A stretch of 64,000 bases of DNA from Eledone cirrhosa (Eukaryota): positions 54,994,001-55,058,000 of the forward strand of contig OZ024745.1 in NCBI GenBank assembly GCA_964016885.1, in the 5' to 3' direction. Every line of letters begins with the position of its first letter. Position 1 is the stretch's first letter. The position numbers were made by a program, and so were the translations under genes. Of the stretch, positions 52,865-64,000 are shown piece by piece. The notes beneath the pieces are model-generated. The model saw nothing but the letters and a program-made list of their open reading frames with translations, was not told the origin of the DNA and searched no databases.

Positions 52865-55289
52865 TATTTTATTGAGTACTGACAGATGCTCGTGGCATTT
52901 TACAAACTGTTCAATGAGATTTGGTCCCACAAAACAACACATACGTTCTACAGAATGTTATGAGTGGTGATAGCATAAGAGCAGGTCTATATTTCGCTTA
53001 GGAGGTATGAGCAGGCGCATCAAAATGACATTTATGTTGGGAATTATGAACAATGGTTGATATGACAGTGCTTCATAGAGGCATTAACATTTGAGACAAG
53101 CTATACAGAAATGGAAGTACCAAGAGCTGGACCTAAACGAGATGCAAACAGAGCGACAGATCTCTTGGATGCTAATGTCCATTGCTTATGACGAACATCT
53201 GTAATTTCTGAAAGGTATGTAAGAACGGCAAGAGTTCACGACTGAATGAGCTATGCTGAGTATGCATTTCTAAGTAATAAAGCCTTTTAGTGCCCGTGCT
53301 CTGTGATTGTCGTCTTTATTTTTATGTGTTGTTCTCTATGTAATAACGAAAAATAACAGCCCCTTTCACCTTTTGGAGAACTGTTCCTAGTTGACAATTA
53401 TTGTGTTCTATTGCTATCATTAATATTTGAAATTATCTTTTATGTTTATAGATTCTGTTTTCACTTCAACGATGTCCTCTTTCGTTTACTTCATGTAAAC
53501 TATATTCGTGTGTTGTTTTGTCATTGAATGTTCCCCAATATCCTGGGCCTTTTGACCAAAAATACATGAAAAAATATTATTGTTGTTATTTTGCTGATGT
53601 TACCATTGATGCTACTATTGATAATATTTCTGTTATAGCTTTGCTTGAATAATTTTGTTTGTCGTTGTTGTTGAGATTAAAGACGGTAACAATGATAAGC
53701 ATGACAATTTTTAAAACTAAATTAAAACTAATGATAGAAATGTATATTATTAATCTTTAAAATACACACGTGTAAAGGAATTGCATTGTCTACATCTAGA
53801 ATCTTACCAATTGACTGTATTATCTATTTAATCGATGTATGCTATATGGCATGTTGAATTCTCATCACATTCACTGAGTCTAGCATCCAGTACATAGTTA
53901 CCAAAATCGATTATCTCACCAAACGATCAGCATGTAGGCCAACAAGTGACTGAAGCGTTCGAGTATGCTGTACTATCTAAACATCAACTTCACATCATCT
54001 CAACCACTTGGCTAGCCAAACAAACAAGTAATATTTCTGTACATATATGTGACATATCAAATTTCAAACCATATTTGCATTGTAGCTAGCGCTGAATAAT
54101 CACTCAGTAATGCTATTTATTTCAACGTAGTTATGGGACAAACATCGAAACAATAATTCCTGGGATGATTTTATACGCTGATGTTAGATCCTTAGCATTT
54201 ATTATTTCATGTTTTTAACATTATATTCCTTATTGATACGAAATACGAATAATAATGCTGTTACGTGCCATCGTACAATATTCATTTACCACGCCACTCA
54301 ATGAATAGAGTATTTATAAGTTGAAAATAATATATTAAATGAAAATCATTTATTTTTCCTTCCGGCAAACATTTGGTGGAATTTGAACTTGAATAATGAC
54401 AAGTATATTCGCTAGTTTTTCATTTGTTATGCAACTGATTTTTATAATCAATACACATATTAGATTCATACGATTTTCCTATTGATTTACAAATAGATAC
54501 TTAACCATGGTTAACATTCAGTGTATGAATTATAATAATCATTTTGGAATTCTAAAGGCAATTTACAAGAATATTAATTCGAAGAAAATTAACTTCATTA
54601 AGCTTCTTAACGTAAACTAGGGAAATAAACACTTCAAATATCAAAGGTCAACTCAAAATATAACGAGACATCAATATATCAAAGTTTTGTCCGTCAACAA
54701 TTCAATTACTGTTATTGTTGAGTGTATGAGTGAATTTACTTCTTTTAAAGGGAACTCAATATTATTAAATATTAGCGTATACAACTAGAATCAATTAATA
54801 CGCTGGGGAAATATATAAATTATTGCACATCACATTTACGTCGGATGGGAGACATTTGATAAAAGGATTACTGGTAAATGAACGATGACTAATTTTAATG
54901 ATGATCATCGTATGTATGGTACATATCAAATTAAGTATATTTCAGTTACATTGTCATAAATGATATGAAATGGGTGCATGCATGCATTTGTTAATGTTTT
55001 CGGGCAAACTAATGTGTCATTAAAACATATAGTTAAGGCTAAACACCCAATCTTTCGTTTTTTTGTTTAATGAAGTATGGTCCGAATAGAGGTATAATAA
55101 TTATGTCAGGATGAGCAGGCATATAGATATCCCATCATTGCCTTGTGTAAAGCAGTTTAGTCGAAACCATCTCTATATAGCACCCCTCCACAGAACATTA
55201 AACTACCCAAGCAAGATAGATATATCACACGATGCATATAAAAGGAAAAATCAAAGACAATTATGCAACGAATTAAAGTATGGAGGAAA

Positions 55290-56300
55290 CGAATAAAAGC
55301 TTCTACGCCCTAGGTTGTGGGGTGCTTCGGCCTCGTTATCATATGCTGCAACAGCAACACTGACTTACGGAACTCCTTCAGAGGCGGTATGCTCTTTTTT
55401 CAATTTTGCGGAGGAAATCGGCAGTCTGAAGACCAAGAAAACCAGATGTCTTGAGGGCAACCTGCATGAAAATGAAGCTGTATGTCATACCACGGAATTT
55501 GTTAAATATGCTAGGGAAATTATGAGCTTAAAATCTATCCGCCTAAACGAAAATATTTCCCCAGATGTCAGTGTGTACGACGGAATGTCAAACTAATGAA
55601 AAAAGTAAGCAGTTCATATCACATAATATTTAGGGAGCTTATTCTTCATGACATCCTACTTGGGGTGATACCTTCCTCACTAATCATAATACAAGACTGA
55701 TTATCAGTAAATAAATAAGCCAAATTATATATCCCGAAAAGGGATAGCCACTCAAAAGGGATATCCACTCACATCATTTATATTTCCATTCTATACATTA
55801 GATCTGTATACATTTCTGAATGATATTCTGGATATTTGAGGTTTTGAAAACATAAATGCTTCTATACTACATCGATTATCATCAATAAAAATAAATAACC
55901 TTTGCATAGCTCTATAAACTTGATAAATTTGATCCCAATGATAAACATTATATGATTTTGATAAAGGCGAAGAGTTCCATTACCAATATCCTGAAACACA
56001 AATAAATAAATGTCCACTGCGTTTATCTACAATCCTATTTGACCAACATTATCTCAGATATTCATTGAAAGAAAAAGACCACTTGAATATGCTGTGCTAT
56101 TAAACTACTACGAAGGAGACAACATTGACTAACATTTAAACAATAAGGTTATATACAAAGGGGGATACTAACGCTGAAATTCAATATAGCAGCGGATTGG
56201 GGAGACACAGACTCGAGTTAAGTTCAAGCTATCCAAACATTTCCTGCTGAAATAGACAAAATTACTGGATTGTTTAAAATCTATTTCCAGAAAAGTTATT
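55290..56300 (+). pseudogene. Decayed Penelope-like RT relic
   Basis: LNENISPDV (SxDV-like) and a KGIA-like motif at plausible spacing, with many disruptions. Confidence 0.35.
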
Positions 56301-56429
56301 GTTTGTGTATAATGCTTAGCACCTACTCAGCACTTGATAAAATAGACTTATAACAAGCTGATCATTATAAACGAATAAGAGATGCGTATGACATTTGGCT
56401 AAAATAATAGACCGCACAATTGAAGTAAG

Positions 56430-56527
<98 letters not shown>

Positions 56528-57032
56528 ATATAGGTGTAGGGTGGTTTTGAAATTCAAAGAAAATGTAGTAATCCCAAACGCACAATTTTGCTCTGATTCC
56601 AGTTGCTTGAAATAAATGTTTGCTTAGTAAATTGCGTACAATTAGATAATAACCTATTTCACATGGAATAGTTTGCCAGATATTGTTTACAAGACTATTT
56701 CGTGCCCAAGGACGGAATGTGAGTGTTACGGCGTTCGATTCTCATTTGTGGATGCTGGTCAATATATTCTGCACATAGCTGCCTTTTACACGATTTGCTA
56801 AGCAGTTATATATAGCAATCGTCTGATGAGGATTTTACCAGATTTCAACTGATAACTATATATATATAAAACAGATTGAGAGAGAGAGAGAAGTAAATCT
56901 GATATTATCGTAACGCAAAAACTGTAGGAAAATGCACATTAAGTAGAAACATACAGTGAAATATGTAGGTAATGTATTTTGAATAAACCAAGCTGATGTA
57001 TGTATGTATTTATATATATAAACTTATAAATG

Positions 57033-57093
<61 letters not shown>

Positions 57094-57533
57094 TATGTAT
57101 GTGTGTCTATAGAGTAAATGTCTGTCTAGAGAAAAGAAATAGAATACTAATGTGAATGACGTGTGATGGAAAAAATATTGCGCACGATGATGTAAACAGA
57201 TCAATAGATATCTGAGATATTTGGATGGTATCTAATAATACAAGACATTTTCTTGCGAACACGAACGTTTACAGAAAAAAAAAGATATTACTTAGCCATG
57301 AATGCGTATATGTGAGAACGTATGTAAGTCTGTAAAAACTGCCTTTATGTATATATGTATATATATGTGTGTATTGTTGGTGGGGGACAGATGTTGTATA
57401 TGCACATATATATATATATATATATATATACTTACACAAACACACACACGCGCGCACAGACACACACACGCGCACACACACACATACACACAACCACACA
57501 CACACGCGCGCGCATACACACACATATATATAT

Positions 57534-57589
<56 letters not shown>

Positions 57590-58934
57590 TTTTTAATGAA
57601 CCAAATTTATGTATATTCCGTAATAGACAGAAAACGTAGACACAAAAATCTATTAAGAAAAATATAAAAATGTGTTTATGCAATATAATGGTACACACAA
57701 AACAAAACAAGTGCAAACATATACACGAGCACTAAAGCAAATACGTAGAGAAAAATGATGTGCTAGACTATATTACATCTCAACTGTACTGCTGTAAGAG
57801 CACTAATCGATATGTAGAATATATATATATATATAGTGTATAAACTTTCATTTTTCATAGGCAGTTATACGTTAATTTAATGTACAGTATATTTATGTGA
57901 TATAAGGGAAAGGGGCAGCTTAACAGATATTTGCGCTCAACCTGTTTGATATAATATTATATAATTAATACCTGGTTAATATTCAACCTACGACAACGTC
58001 AGAAAAGCAATCCAATGCAAACCCCAAACCGTGTATCTGGAAGAACTGTAATTGCAGGCAGCCCTTCAATGAGGAAATGTCTATTCAAAGAAAATGTATT
58101 TACTAATGCAAAATTTACAGTTGGAATGATACAAATAAGGACGTGCTACTTCTAAAAGAAAAAAAAGAAAGATTTTCTCTACACAACCATTCATTTTAAA
58201 ACACGGATTGGAGAAAATCTACTATTATTGTTAGGAATGTGTAGGACCTAAAACGTAATCATATCGTCTTTAAACTACCTGAGACGAATTTTTATGCAAC
58301 ACAGCCATATTAAGTTGATCGGTGCAACTGAGAGCGTTTCACTTTAGAAATATTAGAAATGTTCTCATTCATGGCACGATAGAACTTTTAATTGCCACCA
58401 TAAAACGCAACAAAATTTGTCAAAATACTATTCACTATATCATAAGCACCTACCTCCCCAACTCCTCCTTTATCTCACCCTACATCTATACAATCGTTCT
58501 ATACAATCAGATGAAAATAATAGTAAGTCTCTTCTACATTACCTTCAAATAACAAATAAATAATTACACGTACCTTGAATATATTCTTTCAAAACAATTA
58601 TAATCTACGCCATTACGCATCTCTATATCTAATAAAATAATTACTTTTAACCGTATCTCGAGATTTCTAATCACAGGAAGAAATCTCCTCCTAGTGACAA
58701 CAATCTATTGTGCCCTACAGTAAATGGTGTTATTCAATTGTCTCTATACACATCTTTCTTCCGTCTATCTTCCTTTTGCCATCAATGAAATTACCCCACA
58801 TTCCTCACTTTACGCATACTCTCTCTTTAACAAATTGCCTTAAAATATAACTACAATCATTGCTACTCCTAAACCTCTGTGGACTTAAATACAATCTATT
58901 GTTTATTTCCAGGTTCGCCACCCATCCATCTTAC

Positions 58935-59329
58935 AGTAGAGGGTTGGACACCATGCTTTCTAGCATAGTTACGTCCCTTTACCGTATGAGTTCAAATCCC
59001 GCCGGTGGTTAACTTTGCCTTTCATCCTTACGGGGTCGATAAAATAAAGTACCAGTAATGTACTGGGTAATTGCTGGCCTTGTGCCTAAAGTAGAAACAA
59101 TTATTTTACATCTCAATGTAAAGGGCGGTGGATTGGCAGTATCGGTAGAGGGTCAGACACCATGCTTTGATGCATAGAGTTACGGCCCTTTCCATTCTGA
59201 GTTCTAATCCCGCCGATGTCAACTTTGCCTTTCATCCTTACAGGGTCGATAAAATAAAGTACCAGTAATGTACTGGTTAATTGCTGGACTTGTGCCAAAA
59301 GTAGAAACAATTATTTTACATTCCAATGA
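58935..59329 (+). mobile_element. Two tandem tRNA-derived SINE copies
   Basis: Copies at 58935-59101 and 59123-59311. The second is bracketed by a probable TSD, TTATTTTACAT(CT/TC)CAATG. Confidence 0.85.
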
Positions 59330-59855
59330 ACATATATGCATTTACGTATTTATTTGTTTATTTTTATACATGCATCTGTGTTGTATACATTTGCATATAA
59401 AGTGTATATCAGCGAATATATGAATAATTTCTCTAATTAAACAAATATCTTTATCCACTGGGTTCAGGTTTGATCCGTTACACTGAAGATGTGCGCAGGG
59501 TGATATTGCATTGTACTACAGTAGATTATATAACAAACTTCATGCTGTAGAACATTGCATAACTGCACTGAAACAGGTGTTAGTAACTCTCCTTCATTAA
59601 TATAATGGCCTTAATAGAATAGACTTGTTATCACGGATTTGAGAAATTACCATATTGGTGACAGGTACATATAAGAACCCCAAAACTGCGATATGGTTAG
59701 AGGAAAGAAAAAGAAACATATTGCATCGACTCTCGCACGGGATAACAAAGGAAACGTTCAAACCGTATATGTATGCCTAGTATATATATGCATACATACA
59801 CACACACACGCACGCGGATACACACACATGCGCGCGCACATACACACACACACAA

Positions 59856-59922
<67 letters not shown>

Positions 59923-62453
59923 AGAGAGAGAGAGGGGGGGAGGGAGAGAGAGAGAGAGAGACATAGAGAGATAGGTCCGTACGCGTTTCAAACACATTTC
60001 CGTACCATTAATAAGAGGAAATTATATTTAAATAATGGAGTCGATTGGATGAGTAATTATACATTCATATAGATATAAAAAAATATATGAAAAAAAATGT
60101 TATTCATGTCGGCGTTGTTGGCCAATTTCATTACCTGTGTTTATGAAAAAATTTTAAAATATGCTGAAACGTTTAAAAATCTTTATTGTTTATTTCCTTA
60201 ATCCGTTCGTGTGTAATAAGGAGTGTTTGTTATGTAATATAATTAGAGCGCCATCTCTGAAAAGCTGAAAGCCACGTGTCACAATAGGATCCCTGGGGTA
60301 TTTAACAGATATAACCCGAAGAATTTACAAACGAGCCTTAAGACACACACATTCGCATACATACACATACATATGTATATGTACACCTACTAATGAATGT
60401 ATGTATATATAGCATATTTTGTATGGTCTATTCATATTGGTCAACGATCGAAAGTTGATTGTTTAAATATAATACATGGCTGTTTTGTATTACTGCTAAG
60501 TGATTTAAAGAAATTTTTTAAAGGTTCTTCCTCTGTTTAAGGCGGCGCCCATGTGTGGATGTGACTCAAATATTATAGGAAATAGCAGGTGATTGTAGAT
60601 GAATGTTAGTGATGTAACTAGTCTGTTAACCTGAATCGGTCTCTCTTAAGTAGCATAGTCTTAAGTTCGATCGGGTAATTCGTAGATAAAACGAGCAATC
60701 AATATTGCATTCTAAAGGAGGTTTTGATGGATGGAAAGAGAGTGTCTGTGGCATGATTAATTTTTGCATAAAGCTGATTAAACATATTAACAACAGTGAG
60801 TAATATCTGTTATAATAATAAAATAAAAATAAAAACATATACGATGTATACTGCCATTGCATTGAACAAATCTTCCTAATGTTCGAAAATCCGTCATTTA
60901 AGCTTTATCAATCGGCTTATATGCTCAGATTATGAAACCATTTTTCATAGTAAATTGTGCATTGAAGCTGTTAATTCTAAGTTAACTTAATATTCAAAAT
61001 TCTTAAGTAACTCAACAGTTCCAGATATATATTCGTAAACCTTATAGAATAGAAAGGAGTGGAGAGGCGGACGGTATATAGCATGTATAAGATTACATAA
61101 AACGGATGAAGTTGTTCATATTTTCCTTCTCCAAGAGCTTATATGCTCAGATTATTAGACTATTTTCCACAGTAAAAAAAAAACAAATATGTGTTAGAGC
61201 TGTTGTATCCCATTTAACTAAATATTCACAATTCATAAATCGTTCAACGATTCTAAAACATATTGCTAGAAATACATTACTTGAATCTAAGAAAAACGTA
61301 ATGTCTTAGTTAAACTCAGGTTTGTGCAATGATATCACAACCGGCAGCTGTGAATTCAAAACCTACGAATGGTGCTGTCCACCTTCTTTCCGGTCCCCAT
61401 CGACTTAAATGCCCGACATAGACTATTCATTTTCAGAGTAAAAAAGAAAATAGCACCAAAACGTGGTTTGAAATTGCATATTTAGTTACTATAATATACA
61501 AAATTCGTTATTCGCACTACAGTGTTAAAAATAATGTGTATATTTGCCTGATTAATAAAACTTAGAAACGGGAAATGTATTCAGTTTCAGTCCAATGCAG
61601 CAGTAGCAGAGCCACACGGAGTACGACAGGTATGATTTCGAGTTCCACGAATGTCGCTTTCCAATTATATTCTGTATCTATGACTCATATAACAATAACT
61701 ATTTTTTCGTAGGTATATATATATATCTGTTAGACACGCAGTGACTAACAACAGAATGTTTTAAGTCTGCCGGTCTGACATATATGTGTAGCTTGTCAAT
61801 AATAAATTCAAGGGGTGTCTCTGGCCGTGGTGATCGCTGCCAAACATGTTTTGTAATGTATCGTCTTATTGGCTAATCAACCAACGAGAGTAATTGTTGC
61901 TCAAAAGCCTTCGCCATTTTGTTTGCACGTTTATTTATCGTTTCGCTTTCGAATCTTCCTCCTGTATTTCATCGTTTATCATCAAAATATTTTTCTCGGT
62001 TTGGTAAGTTATATTGTTAATTTATATATGATTTTTTTTTATTTATATTAACTATTTTTTTTAGTTCGTTATAGCATGCTTATAATATTGGTTGTATCAT
62101 ATTTACTTATATATGTGTCCATATTATTGTTCGTTTTATGTTAGATTATTTTATTATTATTATGTTAGATTATTTTTTTATTATTATATTAGACTATTTG
62201 AATGTAATATTTTATTTTTATTAATTCAACTATAACAATTATTATGTAAGATATATTTATTTATTATTGATTGTTTTTTGTAGTTGTTTATATTAAAAGT
62301 CAGAAAATATTTTTATACATCTGACAATATTATTTATAAGATCGTTTATAAAATAACAATTATATAATATAATTACATTACAACGATAATTTATTATTAA
62401 TATATATCATGTTTAACTAGAGTTATTACAAGCGTTACCTTAAAAAATATTAA

Positions 62454-62898
62454 ACTAGATCTGACAAATGCACAAGCTCAAAAGAGCCACAAAATGTTAT
62501 AATAAACCTTCAAAAGTGTGGGACTAGAATTGTTGCTCAAAAATATTGTAATCATTATCTATCGTACACACTGTGGCATCCTTTTATAAAAAAGAGACTC
62601 ATAACGAATTCAAGACGACACGATAATTATTTAATTGAATTTATAATATAGAATTCGGTTTAAGTGCATTTCGTATTACTCATTAATAAACATCTACTAT
62701 GATATATTGAACATTAGCTTAAATAATTATCGGGTCGTGTTGAGTTCATTATGAGTCTCTTTTTTTATAAAAGGATGCCACAGAGTATACGATAGATAAT
62801 GATTACAATATTTTTGAGCAACAACTATAGTCCCACACTTTTGAAGGTTTATTATAACATTTTGTGGCTCTTTTGAGCTTGCGCATTTTTCAGGTCTA

Positions 62899-62900
<2 letters not shown>
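62454..62900. repeat. ~180-bp inverted repeat, probably tail-to-tail Penelope pLTRs
   Basis: Arms at 62454-62634 and 62719-62900 with an 84-bp spacer. Each arm starts with a decayed hammerhead-like string, CTGA(C/A)AA..GCTCaaaaGAGC..CAAAATGTT, then AATAAA. The right end abuts (TA)n. Confidence 0.8.
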
Positions 62901-62956
<56 letters not shown>

Positions 62957-62989
62957 TGTTGGGTCCCTTCCTGTCCTGAAGAGACTGAC

Positions 62990-63700
62990 GAGAACAGCAT
63001 CCTTCCAGTCTTACGGTCTGCATTCTTCAACTACACCAGTTGCCATATGTTATGTAACATATCGTTTATGTTAGGACCAGCATCTTACCATGTTAGGTGC
63101 TATGCCTATGTTTGTTTGTTTCACTGCAGATTCAACCTCGTCCATAGTCGGAGGGTCATCGTGGTTGTAAATGATTTGAGATATCATGCGGAGGCTCTCT
63201 CGGGAGTAGCGCAAGAGGAATTCTTAGAATCAATCTTATTACGAGTCGCATTTTATACTCGACCTTTCAATAATAGGGATTATTCTGAGTCAGATTTCTC
63301 TAGCCGACGGTCCTCGGGTATTCGTGTTTCAGGTGGAGCAACAATATCCAGCTGATACCTGTGGAACACTTTACAGATAAGAGCAATTCGACGTTCAGAA
63401 AGATTTGAACCTTGTACATGCGATAGCGTGCACACGCTCGAGGACACAAATTTCAAAGGTGTCATGAAAGATATATTCGCTTCAGCGTTTGTCTTATTGT
63501 TACTTCATTTTCATTACAAGTGTTTTATGTATACATGAACAACCACCAACAACAAGTTGCTGACCCTTTCAGGTCCCTCTTGGATAGCAGGAGAGCAGTT
63601 CTATGACTGGAAAGAACTGCTCAGTCTCTCGAAATTCAAGTGAGTCGTACCATTGCCTACCTATTTGTTTGGAGATAAAACGACCAATATCCCAGTTCGC
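62990..63700 (-). pseudogene. RTE-clade LINE 5' part (APE N-terminus) with internal deletion
   Basis: ORF 63280-63465 (VCTL...ERRIALI...RYQLDIVAPPETRI) is followed by the DDPPTMDEVESAVK pre-RT motif near 63120-63160. Confidence 0.65.
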
Positions 63701-64000
63701 CTGCCTGTAGGTTTGCTACACCATAATCCAACATTGTTTAGCCTGTACACACGATAGCGCTCACGAACGCTGCACGTATTTTGAATGTGACTTAATTTTT
63801 TATTCGGTCAAGGTTTAAGAACATCATATGCGTGAATATAGTGGACGTGGCTTGCATTGAACCACGCCCCACTTTCAAATAATACACGTAGGAAAATCCG
63901 ATCGCACAACATACATTTGGACGACCAGCATCTGATCATGTTTAGGTCCTCTATCAGGGTTTCACACTTCGAGTAAACGTTCGTATGGCTGTTGAACCTT

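Noticed and set aside
56788-56860. CTGATGA preceded by a hairpin, resembling a type III hammerhead
   Set aside because: There is no GAAA after stem II and no valid UH site; at best a decayed relic.

Overview
Eukaryotic (animal) intergenic or intronic DNA. It is very AT- and microsatellite-rich and carries a SINE family of the type I associate with octopod cephalopods (inference). No host protein-coding gene could be supported, and most short ORFs in the track are microsatellite artefacts. Main content: (1) Two full-length but mutated L1/Tx1-clade LINEs in head-to-tail tandem (12647-18598 and 18665-24070, minus strand) plus a 5'-truncated third copy (34258-35077). Every junction of all three lies in an (ATT)n/(AAT)n tract. 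(2) Penelope-like/retrozyme pieces sitting in (TA)n tracts. These include one ~520-nt non-coding unit with a complete type I hammerhead ribozyme, and at least four fold-back palindromes whose symmetry axis falls in hammerhead stem II. (3) An internally deleted Chapaev3-type DNA transposon with TTA target-site duplications. (4) Relics of RTE, R4/Dong, CRE, Ingi/Vingi-like and Penelope elements, and about ten tRNA-derived SINE copies. The most novel-looking signals are the hammerhead-stem-II-centred fold-backs and the (ATT)n-specific Tx1 family. All assignments were made by eye without database searches, and relic boundaries are approximate.
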